Positions 12,754 through 26,069 of a DNA stretch of 64,000 bases are shown one piece after another. Source of the DNA: Lama glama (taxonomy: Eukaryota). Made by a program: the position numbers and the translations under genes. The notes beneath the pieces are model-generated. The model searched no databases, was not told where the DNA came from, and saw only the letters and a program-made list of their open reading frames with translations. Position 1 is the first letter of the stretch; every line of letters starts with the position of its first letter. The stretch spans positions 53,632,001 to 53,696,000 of the forward strand of contig CM052816.1 in assembly GCA_028534125.1 (NCBI GenBank), in the 5' to 3' direction.

Positions 12754-15700
12754 AGGAATTATAGAATTTTTGATGGTCATTGTCCTAAGTTGCCTAGCAA
12801 GTTTACTGGAGCCTCCTCAAATTGATTAGACTGTGGACTGGGAGTTTGGAACCAATGTTAATCATCCCAAGGGCAATTAGAGTAAGAGGGAAGTGCAGCA
12901 AAGGCATCTTACTTATCAAATAAGAAGACAGCCTCAGTCTCTATGCCCTTATTCTCAGCCTGGTCAAGAGAGCAAAATATTGCTTGTCAGTTAGACCTGT
13001 CTAATGTCTTAGCAACACAAAAAGAACCCAAGGAAAGCTAAATCTTGCCATTTGATTTTTCATGATTTGATTGGTATCATGATTTAGTAAATTACTTTTT
13101 TGAGGGTTCTTCTCTTTGGTTTGTTTAAAGCCAAGGACTAAATGTAGCAATAAAAATTTAAATGACTTTGGCTCTTGCCTGAAATTCTCAATACTCCAAT
13201 CTCTGTGCTTCACTGCGGTGCCAGGGAGAAGAGCAGAAATAGTCGACAATCATTCTGCATTACTGATCCACTCTACTCATTAGATTATATTGAAATGTTA
13301 TGACTTTCCAGGCTCAGAGATTTATTCCATTTTTGCCTCCAGCCATTTTAAGTAAATTTTTTGCTATTATAAACAAAATACAAAATTATTTGGAGTAAGA
13401 CTTTCTAATTGGAAATAATAATTTTAAGATAGGAAATTAAGCCCTTTACTAAATAATGTCAAATTACCAACAAAATTACATTTTCATGAATAATTAATCA
13501 ATACCACTTTAGCTGTTTAGCTATTTTAGTATTGCTGAACTCTAGAAATTGTTGGGTTTAATTGTATTACCTTGAATTCAGCAGAAAAAATAAAATGAGG
13601 TTGTGCATTTTCACCGTAAAATATTCTCTTGTTAGACAAAAAAAATTCACTGAATAAAAATACTGCCAGAAATAATGTTTTTAGTAAACATATTCCCAAA
13701 TGTTATAGTTATGTTGGCCCTTGCTACTTCAATTTTTGTACAATTCCTTTACTTTAATCAAGACAAAGCAAAGGTTTTCTCTAATACAGTCCCAATGTAG
13801 CTTTCAGGACATTTATTCAGGGATATTTCTATATTTATTTTTAAGAGAATGCATGATCAGTGTAACAGATACCAGTTTTTGGTTGAATTATTTATTTGTT
13901 CCCTCTGTTTAGTGAGGGTAAAACAATGGGCTATCCTTACTGATTTGACTAGAGTTTCAAACATGTGAAGATAACACTCACTCATATGTACTTCAGTGTA
14001 GTATAAATGTTACAGTTCATCATGAATATGATAAAAATGAATACAATCTAGTTTAATAGGCCTTATCATTATCTCTTGACTCTTTGGCAATGTCTTAAAA
14101 TGATTTTTACCATACTTAAAATGATCAAAGTTACTTGTTCTCTCTTGAGAATCTTGACCAATTCTCCACATAATCAGAAAAATGAAATATGTTAAATTGC
14201 TATTTGTATTATTCCTGTCTTTGCTCTCAAGGTACCATCTAAATTACTCCTTTATCAACATTTGTATGCTTTGCTGTGCTTATAGCTCCAACTTTTTTTA
14301 AAAAGCTGAACTTTATGAAAATAAGGTACTCAAAGGAGCCTTGGGTTGTAAGAATTCTCAGAGTGGCAATAGGGGGTGAGGAATGTGGGGAGCAGGGGAA
14401 ACAGAGACAAATTAAAAAGAAAAAAATATTCAGCATAGAAGCTTCAAAGTCAGCATCCTAAAAGTAGCAGCTAGAATGATCACTGGCCATCAGCGTAGTA
14501 TTATCATTTTTCTTCACCATACTCCTTTGTGGTCCAGACCGTCTAGATATTCCAGTTGGGTAGATGTGCTGCTGGGAGACACTCAGAAGGAGAAAATGAA
14601 CTGATTTTTATTGAGCACCTGTAGGTGCCAGGCACTGTAGAGATACTTTTGTATTCCATATTTCATTCGGTCACCAATATAATCCACTAAAGTTGGTGTG
14701 ATTATCCTCATTTTACTGTTGGAAATACTGAAGGTGAGAGTAAGTCAGTACCCGGAGTCCCACTGATTATGCAGTAAACAGAGCTAATTGCTCTAGTGGC
14801 AAGATTTGTTAGGGAGAAAGAAGGGGCCAGATAGATCAACGTGGATATGGTCTTGTCCTTCTCAATGTTGACACTAGGGTCTCATCTCAAGACACTTCCT
14901 CAGCCCTAAGATAGTCACATGAGAGGATCTGCAAATAAATAGTTTCCAGAGGTGAATGTCTTGTGTTAATTATCCCCAGACTCTTGCTTCAAACCTCTTG
15001 AACTAGAGTAGGCATGTGTTCTTTGTTTTTCCCATGCACACCTTCCACAGTTCATTGTACATCATGATTATTTAATAAATATTACTTAAATTTAATTTAA
15101 AACCTTCTCACGGGAGCAGCAAGAAACAGTCATTTTACAATAGTGATATAATTATGGTAGGGTCCACCCTGGGATATTTATACTTGTCATAGTAATTGAG
15201 GACCCAATTAGAGAGTTAAAAACTGAGTAAACAAAAAATAATTGGTGGTGTTGACCTATAGCAAAACATAACTTTCTATAGAAAGGGCAAAGGAGGGAGA
15301 GAAGGAATTATAATACTTAAGATCAATAATTTATCAGATTTTTAACATTTGAAATTATAATTAAACGAGAAACTCAAATATGAGCAATTAGTATCTCATG
15401 TTTTCTGTGAAAACAACTACCTCTGCTGCCTACAACTGGAATTACCACTTATCCTAGACAAGAGCTTCTTTGTCTAATTGGGTCAGATTATATTTTTAGT
15501 ACAATCTTATTCTAATGAATGCGGGTCCTTTCTATTAACCTTAATAGTCAAGAAACATGAAACAACGGGAGAATATATCATCTGGGACTTCAAAGCAACT
15601 GTATATGCTAATGTGACAGGAATGACTGCTTGAGGACAATTTTATCATATCGATTGCAATTACGAAGGGAAAATAAAATCTTAAGTATTCTTCACTCTCT

Positions 15701-17038
15701 CTGAGTTAATTAAATTTTATAACCTTTGCTAAACTCTTTAAACAAAAGAATCTTACTCAGGCAAGATTAAATAATTATAAAGAACTTTATTATCTTCCAA
15801 AACTTGCACTGAGTTGATAGATTCAGCAGTTTCCTTTATTTTCATTGCAAGCAGTTATCGTCGACAACATCACCGTTGCAAGCATGATAACTAACAGCAT
15901 TCATTGAATCTCTAGGGCACTGTGCTTGGCAGAGAGGCATCAAGAAATGTAAGATGATGTAAATGAAACTATTGAGATTGGTTAAAGTTGGTCCAAAATA
16001 ATTCCTTTAATCCTGTGATTTATTATAGTTATTCAGTGTAGACGCATTTGGGAGTAATAATGGCCTCCTGTCTTAAAGTTATCTTAAAATAAATTCTTCT
16101 TCCTACTTTTGCTAAGAGATAAAAATTTCTTTTGAACAATAGTGCAGATGTCATTGGTTACCTTTCTGCAGAGAGAATGAACTCCATTGATCCCTAGAAC
16201 ATAGAACACTAATGATCCTCAGAGCATTTTATTTGGGCGACTTGGGAAAGCAGTTCAAGTCCTGTCCCTGCAACTAACTGGCAGTGTGACTATCACTTGT
16301 ACACATGATTATACCAGTTGCTGTGCAAAAGGATGGGCTCTCCAGGTCTTTGACTTGAAAGAAATTCTATATCATTGAATACAGTGACATATTTGCATCG
16401 GCAGACCGTAAAGTCTCACTTCCCTCCCTTTGTCACTAACCTGGCCAACAAATTATGCTGAAATTGTAGCCCACTCTATGCCTCTGATGTATTCCTAAGT
16501 CAGTTTTCTGTGTGAAAACTTACTTAACATTTCCATGACACAGACATCACATACCAAAAAAGATCAAGCTTTCCAATACAGAATACAATAGCGCTCAACA
16601 CATGTTAGTATAAAAATCATGAGATGTTTTACATTGATTTTCAATGCTTGATTTGGGAAAGGTGAGGGAAGAGAATTTTCTTCCTTGCAAATTGGGCATA
16701 TGGAAATAAATAATGGGGATAATTGGGCAAGATATTTCCTGGAAAAATGTTCTAAGTGTATCTTTCTGGTTTATTTTGTTTGCTTGCTAATCAGGCCTTA
16801 CATGATTTTCAAATTTCCTTTATAATCACATTTAATTTTAAGTTAATAATCCATTTCCTTTATCAGTGGTATTAGTGGATGACTTTTATAACATAACATG
16901 TAGTCATACATCAGCAGTTTGCGTGGGTGAAGCAGGTCATCTGAAGCTTTAAATTCAGGTCATCTGAGGCTTTAAATTCACACTGCAGTCTATTCTCTAT
17001 TAGGCACTTTGAAGAAGTTCATTAGAACTTTAAGAGCC

Positions 17039-17124
17039 ATACACACACACACACACACATCACTATGCTGTACACTAGAAATTAACACAAAATTGTAAAT
17101 CAACTATACTTCAATTAAAAAAAA
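17039..17124 (+). mobile_element. L1 3' tail with (CA)n at its 5' junction
   Basis: CACTATGCTGTACAC..AAATCAACTATACTTCAATTAAAAAAAA, near-identical to the end of the L1 at ~33070-33138. Confidence 0.8.
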
Positions 17125-17133
17125 GAACTTTAA

Positions 17134-17273
17134 GGGGAGGATATAGCTCAAGTGGTAGAGCACATGCTTAGCATGCATGAAGTCCTGGGTTCAATCCCCA
17201 GCACCTCCATTAAAGAAAAAAAATTAATAAATAAACCTCATAAATAAACTCTTCCCCTACCCCTGCAAAAAAT
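17134..17273 (+). mobile_element. tRNA-derived SINE (Vic-1-like), copy 2
   Basis: GGGGAGGATATAGCTCAAGTGGTAGAG (A box)...GGTTCAATCC (B box), A-rich tail, flanked by AACTTTAA. Confidence 0.9.
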
Positions 17274-17326
17274 AACTTTAAAAGCCTTTACTACCTTGAG
17301 AGTCTAGATACATGTGCTTTTTCTTT

Positions 17327-17400
17327 TCTTTTCTTTTTTAACATTTTTTATTAATTTATGATTATTTTACAATGTTGTTTCAGATTCCAGTGTAGAGCAC
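17327..17400 (-). mobile_element. Short L1-type 3'-tail insertion
   Basis: Poly-T plus TTTTACAATGTTG; perfect 17-bp TSD ACATGTGCTTTTTCTTT at 17310-17326 and 17401-17417. Confidence 0.8.
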
Positions 17401-17429
17401 ACATGTGCTTTTTCTTTATTCCTTTTGTT

Positions 17430-17920
17430 TTCACAATAAATTTTCAAACCTATAGAAAAGTTGAAAGAAGAAAACAATGAACACATATATACTCTTCACC
17501 TAGTTCACCAAATATTAACTTTTGTCACATTTTTCTCTTAATATATAAATACCTTAAAGAAGACTTCCCCCCTCCGACTATTTCCTTATTTCCCTTGAAA
17601 ATAAGTGGTAAATATCATGACACTTTAGTTCTAAGTGTCTCAGCATACATCTCCTAAAAAACAGGACTTTATCCCACATAGCCAAAATATCATTATGACA
17701 CCTAAAAAGGTGACGTTATTATCAATAACAGTATCTAACATACAGTTCATATTCACAGTCCCCTGATTGTCCATAACATATTCTTTCTGTTGTTTCCTTT
17801 TAAATCCAGGATCCAATAAAGTTTGACACATTGTGTTTGATTTTTGTCTCTTTAATGTTCTTTATTCTAAAGTAGTTCCCTTGCCTTTTTACACTCATAA
17901 CAGAATTTTTTAAGAGTCCA
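17430..17920 (-). mobile_element. Old L1MC-type 3'UTR
   Basis: AATTTTCAAACCTATAGAAAAGTTGAAAGAA...CTCCTAAAAAACAGGAC...AATCCAGGATCCAAT. Confidence 0.7.
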
Positions 17921-18511
17921 GATCTGTGTGTTCTGTCTTAATAAAAAAAATTAAAAATTTGAAAAAAAAAAGAGGACTGATAAATGGACTGTGTGTTATT
18001 TTTTACTGTTGCCAGTGCTCAAGAAAAAAGCCTAACTATTGGGACTAACTTCTTTAGACTGGCAATATGACTCATTTTATATCAAAAATGTTGATAAATG
18101 TAAGAAATCCTATAATGTGTCTGAATAGTGAGGAATTCCAGGATTTAAAACTAGCCATGAACCCACTGATCAATAAAATATGCCTGAATCTGCTTAAGTA
18201 TCCCAGATAATGTCAGAATTTTTGAGCTGAAAGAAACTCAGAGGCAAATTAACTAGCTGAGTTCCTCATATTATCAGTAAGGAAGGTGAGTCTCAAAGGG
18301 TCTGTAATTTGCCAAGGTTACACTGCCGCTTAATTGTAAAGGTGGGACTAGAAGTAAGATGTTTTGATTTCCAGTATCCTAGTATCCCTGATTCTCTCAT
18401 CATCTTTTCTGCCATCACCATCCATCCCTTTTATTTCCTTTCTTTTCTAATTCTCTCTTTCCTTCCTTTTTTCCTTCTTTCTATTAAGCAAACAGCAACT
18501 GTTACACTTCT

Positions 18512-18712
18512 GCTAGGTTTCTCAATGGCAGCATTATTGACATTTTGGGCTGATATTTCTTTGTTGTGGGAGCGCTGTTCTGTGCATGGTACGATATTTA
18601 GCAGCATCACTGGATTTGAGGCCAGTAGCACTTCTGTTTGTGACAATAAAAAATGTCAAATATCCCAGGGGGTGGGGGATAGAGGCAGAATTGTCCCTGA
18701 TTGAGAACTAGT
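18512..18712 (+). mobile_element. MER20 hAT-Charlie MITE
   Basis: TTCTCAA...ATTGACATTTTGGGCTGATA...TTTAGCAGCATC...GATTGAGAACTAGTG. Confidence 0.85.
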
Positions 18713-18879
18713 GCCAAATGCTTCTTATTTTGGCAGTGGTTCTTGTTTTATTTATTAACTCTCCTTTCACTCCAGGTCAACATGAATTCAAAATTGCATA
18801 GTTAAAATCAGAACATAGGTAAAATTTTTATTCTTTTAACATTTTGTAATAAGTATTTTCATTGTTGCAACATGACATG

Positions 18880-19452
18880 GACATTTGTTGTGTTTGTCTG
18901 CCTAGGATTCCCTGCTCCCCCTTCCAGTAGCAGCACCCCTTTGTCCATTGTGGAGTTGCACCTCCCTTATTCCAGTCATCTGATTCTAGGGTTCTTCTCC
19001 CTGTCAAAGGTGTGCATAAGTGGCTCAGACCTGACTAGTTGTAATAATCCATTTCCACAGCTGTGATGATTGAGCCTCAGTGACAGGCGTATGACCCAAG
19101 TCGGCCAATCAGAGCCCATTCCTGGGAACTTGCTGGGAGACTCTACTGCATTCGGGTTGCCAAACTGTGATGTAAATCTGAAGCTCCCTGAAGCTATGTC
19201 ATCAGCTTGTCTGCTGTTTAAGAGAATGAAGCCAACACAGACAGAGAGCAGAGCTGGAAAGATGGGAGAGGAAATCCTGGTGGTATCATTTGGGTCCCTA
19301 TATCTATTTACCTCTAAGGGCAGTGAAACCCTTGTCAGTGAATCTCTTCCCGCACACTCTTTTTATGGTTGTTGTTGTTTCCATTTGTTTTTTGCTAAGA
19401 TAGTCTAACAGGGATTCTTTCACTTGGAACAAAAAGCATCCTGATTAAGAAA
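18880..19452 (+). mobile_element. Old MaLR LTR (MLT1K/L-like)
   Basis: ATGACCCAAGTCGGCCAATCAGAG...GAAGCCAACACAGA..AGCAGAGC...CACTTGGAACAAAAAGCATCCTGATT. Confidence 0.65.
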
Positions 19453-20489
19453 ATAGTACTCGTGTTTATAGTATTTAATGGTTCATATCTCCTCAAGTTG
19501 TAGTGCCATGATTTCCTTAACTCTTCTGCTAACATTGAACTTTAAAGATATTTGAGATACTTTTTCCATTGTAAATGCAGTGTTCTTTTTCAGTGCCTTT
19601 CAAATGATTTCTAGTCAATTTTCCATTAGTTTCCTCAAACATGGACCCTTGGTTTGAATTCTGAGCTACAAGATTTAAAATGGAATGATTTACCACCTAA
19701 TTTAAGGCCATTTGGTTTTGCTTTATCCTCTTTTGCTTTTATGCTTCTATTACAGTCATTCCATCTGTGATTATACCAACTGTTGTGGCAGCGTCTGCTC
19801 CAGCTGCCTGGGCACATTTGAATGCATTAGTGTGCTATGCCAGTGGTTTAGGAAATTTTTTATGATACCACAAAAATTTATTTCTGACTCTTATAAGAAC
19901 CATTTTATGATTTCTTTTAACTATTAACTTCAAAAAGTAGTGTTCAATTTTAAGTCTTCAGACCTTTACATTCACTTAAGGTATAGAAATACTCTATTAT
20001 CCTAATGTCTGTGAAAAATGCCCCAGATTGTTTCATTATTATAAATTCTATATGCACCTCATTTACCTGCATTAATCAACTTTTCCATATCTTAGGGTCT
20101 AATTCAAATATTATTACCATCTGTAGGATTTTTTTATTATTGTGTTCAGTTTGTTTCCACCTCTCATTGCACTTAGTAGATCTACCTTGTAACTATGAGA
20201 AATGATGAATAATGAGAGTAATGCCAGTTTAGGGTCCTGTAATAGTCATAGACTTGCCTTTCAGAGAGTCATATGTAGCAATATACTACAAAATATATTA
20301 CCATCAAATTTGGAAGCATTATTTATAATAGCAAAAGATTGGAAAGAAATCAGTATTTATCATTGAGGGTGATTTAATGAATTATGAGACAGCCATAAAA
20401 TGGAATACTACACAGCAGGGAAAAGAACAAAAGTTTTGTATATATTGATGTGGTATAATCTCCAAGATATATTATTAAGTATCTAAAGA

Positions 20490-20725
20490 GGGGGTATAGC
20501 AGAGCAATTAAAAATGTGGCCCTTGGAGACTGGTCTAGGTTCAAAGACCAGCTCTGCTAGTTATTAGTTGTGTAAAATGGGACAAATTTCTTAAGCAGAG
20601 TTCTTGAGTTTTTTCACTTGTGAAATGAGGATGCTAATGGTAACTATCTCACAGGATTGTATTAGGATTGAATGAGTTAATACATGCAAAGCACTTAGAA
20701 GAGTGTCTGGCTCATAGTAAAATAA
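20490..20725 (+). mobile_element. MIR
   Basis: GGTTCAAA..CAGCTCTGC...TGTGAAATGAGGAT...AAAGCACTTAGAAGAGTGTCTGGC. Confidence 0.8.
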
Positions 20726-21872
20726 TTGAAGTATAACAATGGGATGTGAGTGATTGCTTTTTGAATTATGTGATATAATTCATAAAAGTAAAAAATGTAA
20801 TCTTTTAAAATATATTGCAATATGTTGAATATATTAACTTTTATTCAATATATTAAGTATGTTCACCACTACTGCCTTGTGCTATAGTATTACACTTATT
20901 CATGTAGAGGGTTAGCTCCTCTGTTATTATAATGTCTTTGAGGAAAAGGGTTGGCTTTCTCTCAATTTTGTGCCAAGCATGATCTCTGGCACATATCATA
21001 AGTGCAAGATGAGTTCTGTATGTATTTGTTGACTGTATTAATAAAATATTCTGATTCATCTCTGCATATAAAAATTTCAGAGCTTTACCATTCTGAGAGC
21101 AGTTTAAGAAGATGTCTAAGGGAGCTGATCCTGTAATATCAACATTTAGGGGCAAGTCCAGAGATTTTGTTAGCATAGGAGTTAAGTTTATTTGTACCTG
21201 GAGGAGCAGTATTCTATCATTTCCTTTTCCTTTAGAAAAATAATTTTATTTTTAAATGAAGATAAGAATTAATTATTTTTAGGAATTTTGAGTCTTAGAA
21301 AAATTAAGAACTTGCCTGCCTTCATACATGTAGCTGGTGATGGAGTCAGAGTTCCAACCCAGATCTGATTGAATGTTCTTTCTGACACATGAGTGAAGTA
21401 GAAAGGAAAGCTATATTCACTGACTTTGTAAGTGAGCCTCGGAGAGAGGACATGAGAAAGAGGTTTCCACTGGACTTTTACTTCAGCAGTGCTGAGTACA
21501 TTACCTAGCTATTTAAACTTCTTCCAAAACCTAGGACTTAATAAAAATATTCAATGTATTAGGCATATGAGGAAATATATAATAAAATCATTTTGTAAAA
21601 CTTAAGCCTTAACCTCTGAGGTTAAGTCCATCTAAAATTTTTAAATAAAATAAGAGAATTATGAGTGACCTAAATGTTCCCTTTGTGATATTTAGTGATA
21701 ATAGTTTCTCTCCATTCTTATATCATTTGGAATTTAATATTTATTTAGTCATTGTCTAATGTAGGGTTTATCACATTGCATTTTCCAGGTCAATTTCATT
21801 ATAAAGATATAATAATGAGGTCATGGCATATTCAAGGCATAAATTTGCAGCTGTGTACCATTTTAGAGAACC

Positions 21873-22650
21873 TGCGTGGGAGCCCATGATTGGGTTAACA
21901 AATTGTAACAGACCCCAGCCGCTTGTCTCCTTAAAGAAGAGCAAATGTGCTTAGTAACCTCCTTGCTTGCATAGTTGAGGTTTTAGATAGTACTCTGCTC
22001 CTTGCAAAGCAACGACCCAGGCCCTCGGCTATAAGCGCTGGGCGTGCCTGCTGTTAGATAGTCTTCTATCCCCAAAGCAAGGAACTGGCTGGGTTGGTGG
22101 TCTGCTTTAACATATCTATAAAAATGTATCTTGCTCCCCTCTTTCCATGACTTCCCTAAAGGTAAACTGTAGGCCCACAAAGGAACAAGTCTTGGGCTGG
22201 AATGGTAAACAAGTTATAAAAAGCTACAGACTCAGAGGTGAGAAGGCTGGTTAGCCAATGATGGATAAGACCCCCAGAGGGGGGCAACCTAAGACAGGCA
22301 TAGCCGCCTGAGTCCAAGAAAAATGTTAAGGAGCTGCTTCTCAGACGTTATGCCCTGATAAGCTGTAAGGCTCTCTGTTGTCAACATGAACATGACTTAC
22401 CAAAGCATAAAGGGTCTTCTGACCTTGAGCCAGACTCTACATTCTCAATCCCACCCTGTCTTTCCCTAAATTCCTGCATTCCATCACACAACTGTCAGTG
22501 ATTTCTCCTTTGATTGTACACAATAAATGTGGGGGCATTTGAGAGGTTTGTGGAGTTGGCTCTCGACTCCCTCTCGCTCTCTTGACTTTTCCACAGAGTC
22601 TTGAGTAATTCATTCCATCTCAGTGGGACTTCTGCTGGCCAGAACCCACA
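21873..22650 (+). mobile_element. Class I (ERV1-like) solo LTR, 778 bp
   Basis: TG...CA termini with short TIR (TGCGTGGG / CCCACA), exact 4-bp TSD AACC (21869-21872, 22651-22654), CCAAT, TATA-like and AATAAA motifs. Confidence 0.8.
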
Positions 22651-23649
22651 AACCTGAAATATGAAAATCCCCAAATGCTTGGTAAATTGGAGTATTGTAT
22701 AAATTCAATTACAGAAGAGATCTCCTTGTTTGAAAACAATTGATCATGGGGTTTCCTCATACAGGAGAGCATGACAACTCATGTTCATTTGGCAAAAGAA
22801 ACTTTGTACTCTGAGAAAAACTATCCTCTTTAACTCAGTGCAAAGCTTCTGGAGGAACTTATATCACAGAGCAAGAAGGCATGGCTAACTAAACAGCTCA
22901 GCTGTCCCAATCATGTCTGTTAACAATTGGCATGGGGATCAGGGGGAATATTAGATTGGGTGATCAGGGAAGATCTCCAATTAGGTGATATTTGAGCTAA
23001 CAGCTGCATAGAACAAAGCCTGAATAACACTGAAGAAGCCAGCCTTTTGAAGACCCATTGGAAGAATGTTCTGTGTAGAGAACTCAGCAAGTAAGGTCTC
23101 CCAGGTCAGAACAAGCTTGGTGGATCCAGAAACACCAGACTGTCTGGAATGTAGTAAACTAGGGGGAGTGGCTCACAATGAAGTCCTTAGATACCAATGA
23201 GGGCCAGATCAAGTAGGACCATGCTAAACACATGTGATTAATTTGGATCTTGAAACTTTTAAAGAGCTCAGTAAATGGAAACTTAGTTATTAGAGATCAA
23301 ATTATTGTTTTCTCTATAATTCAAATTTAAACATCTTTTAAAAATGGAGCAGTTAGAGAATACTTGTGAAATTTGAACCTCATGTCTTCACTAACCTGTA
23401 AAGTTTAAATTCTATTAAAAAACTATGAGTCATTTTCTAATTGTAAAGGCTAAAATTATTTATATAAAATTGATTGTTTTATAATCTTTTAAATTGTTTC
23501 TAGCCTAGATTTATGTGGAGAGGCTTTTTTTTAACTCCAATCCTTAACCATCTTCAATCCTGAAAATACTTTCCTAAAATTTATTCAGTTTTTGTGGTTT
23601 ATTTTTAATTAATCTGGAATTTAATTTTAGGTATTATGTGAGTTAGAGA

Positions 23650-24138
23650 TGGTAGTAGATGGAATAACCCCTAAATATATTCAAATCCTAATCCCTAAAA
23701 ATTGAGAATGTTACCTTATATGGCAAAAGTGACTGCTGACATGATTAAAGTAAGGCTTTTGAGATGGGGAGATTATCCTGAGTTACCTGGGTAAGCCCTA
23801 AATATAATTACAAATGTCCATGTAACAGGGAGGAAAAGGGAGAGATGTCATAGATTGGGAGAAGGCAAAGTAAAGACAGAGCAGAAAGTTTTGAAGGTGT
23901 TATGCTGGTTTGAAGGGGCCAAGAGCCAAGGAATGCAAGGAATGTGCCTAGGAAGCTAGAAAAGGCAAGGGAGCTCTTATCCCCTAGAGCTCTGGAAGAA
24001 GTGGCCCTGCCCATACTTAAGGCTGTATATCTTGATTTCAATCTTCTGAGCTCCAGAATTTCAAGAGAATAAGTTTATGTTGTTTTAAGCCACTAAATTG
24101 GTGGTAATTTGTTACAGCAATCATCAGAAATAAAATCA
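23650..24138 (+). mobile_element. MaLR LTR (MLT1C/D-like) nested in an old minus-strand L1M (~23560-25020)
   Basis: AATGTTACCTTATATGGCAAAAG...GAGATGGGGAGATTATCCTG...TTTAAGCCACTAAATT..GTAATTTGTTACAGCA; GAGAT on both sides. Confidence 0.85.
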
Positions 24139-25189
24139 GAGATCTAACTTTATTTTTTGCCCTATAGTTAACTAATTAATTGTCCCAGTATCATTTATTG
24201 AATAATACATTATTTCCTAAGTGTTTGGAAATGTTAACTTTATGGTAATGTCAATACTCAGATCTAGTCTGTTCCTATTCAGTCAGTCTATTGATTCTTG
24301 AGATAATACCAAACTTATAAATTGCAATAATTTTATAGTACTTTTATCTAAGTAATAGGGTAATTCCTTCACCATGAAATACTCTCCACACCCTCCACCA
24401 AATTTCTTGCTTTAAACTGTATCCATTCTTCCAGATAAACTTTATATTCAACTTCTCTAGTAAAAAAGTTTGAATTTTGATGGAAATTGCATTAAATATA
24501 TAGATTCACTTGAATATTCCTATCTAGAAACATAGACTCTCTTTTCAGATCTTTCTCCCACCACTCATCCTTTGATAATATTTTATAGTTTTTCTTCACT
24601 TATGTTTCATATATTTCTTAAGGCTTATTTGTTGCTACTGTGGAATAGGGTCTTTTTAAAATTATATTTTGTAAGTAGATATTATTGGAATGCAGGAGTG
24701 TTATTGGACATTGAATCTGGCCACTCTACTGAATCAATGTAAAAGTCTAATAATTTTCTCTTAGTTTTTTCCAGCAATATAATAATTGTTTTTATAAATA
24801 TTAGAATCTTTTCTCTTCTTTTCCACTATTTATTTTTCTTATTTATCTTTCTTATCTTATTGCATTAGCTAGAATCCATAGAACTGTGTTAGATGTTAAT
24901 GGTGTTAATAGGCATATCTATTGGTTTTCTGACTCTAGTTGGAATGCTTTAGTGTTTTTCTATTAATATAAATATGTGTTTTATTTTGTATATTTTGTGG
25001 AAGTATTTTAACATAATCTATACATACAATTCTTTATAAAGCAGTCCCCCATTATCCACTGTGAATATATTCTAGAACCTCAGTGGATGCCTGAAACTAT
25101 GAATAGTATTGCATGAAAAATTAAAATATTAACATATTACCAACTACAATCAAGCAATGAGTTAAACATGACTGACTCAAGAATAAAGA

Positions 25190-25490
25190 ACTTCATAAGT
25201 CAAACAGAGAAAGACAAATACCATGATATCACTTATATCTGGAATCTAAAAAAAGATACAAATTTTATTTACAAACCAGAAATAGATGCATGGACATAAA
25301 AAACAAACTGTGGTTACCAGGGGAGACATAGATTAGGAGTCTGGGATTAATAGATACACATCACTATATATAAAATAGACAAATAACAAGGACCTAGCTT
25401 ATTCAATTTCTCGTAATGAGCTGTAATGGAAAAGAATCTGAAAGTAAAAATAATCATACCTATCATGTTTATGACAATAAAAATGTTTTA
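25190..25490 (+). mobile_element. L1 3'UTR fragment (a MER2/Tigger2 end lies upstream at ~25042-25110)
   Basis: AGAGAAAGACAAATACCATGATATCACTTATATCTGGAATCTAAAA; CAGTCCCCCATTATCCAC..CAGTGGATGCCTGAAAC. Confidence 0.8.
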
Positions 25491-26069
25491 GAAAACAAAG
25501 CGTTAGTGAGATATGAGGAAAGATAATCTCTCATACATTGCTGTGGGAGTGTGAACTCTTAAAATTACATTGCAGAATAATTTAGGGTATTCAGTAAAGG
25601 TGCATATAATCTACAGTCAAGAAATTCCATACCCAGGAATATATGCCAGCGATTCTCTAGGGTATGTGTACATCAATATCCTCATTTTACAGATAAAGGA
25701 AACGAAAGCTAGCTTCTTTTACTATTAAATGAATTAATATATGTAAATCATTTATGTGCCTGGTACATGTTAAGCCACCTATTAAGTATATCTATCCTCA
25801 TCCTTATCATTATCATCATGAATAATCAGCTATAGGTGAAATTCCATAAATTGATCAATATCATCAGTATTGACAACACATTTTAGGTGCTCCATCATTT
25901 CATCCCTGGAGGAGTCTTCTAATAGCTGAATTAAAAACCCGCCAAGTTTTGGCCAGAATATGAAGTTCAGAGGACGATCCCTCCTCTCCCACTCAGAGTC
26001 ATAGTCATGCTTATTTCAAAATTAACAGTGTGGCCTTTCTTTGTAAAATTAGTCTTTCATTTTTTTAAT

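Noticed and set aside
17134..17210. tRNA gene (A and B boxes, cloverleaf-like)
   Set aside because: It has an A-rich tail, a TSD and three diverged paralogues in the window, so it is a SINE.
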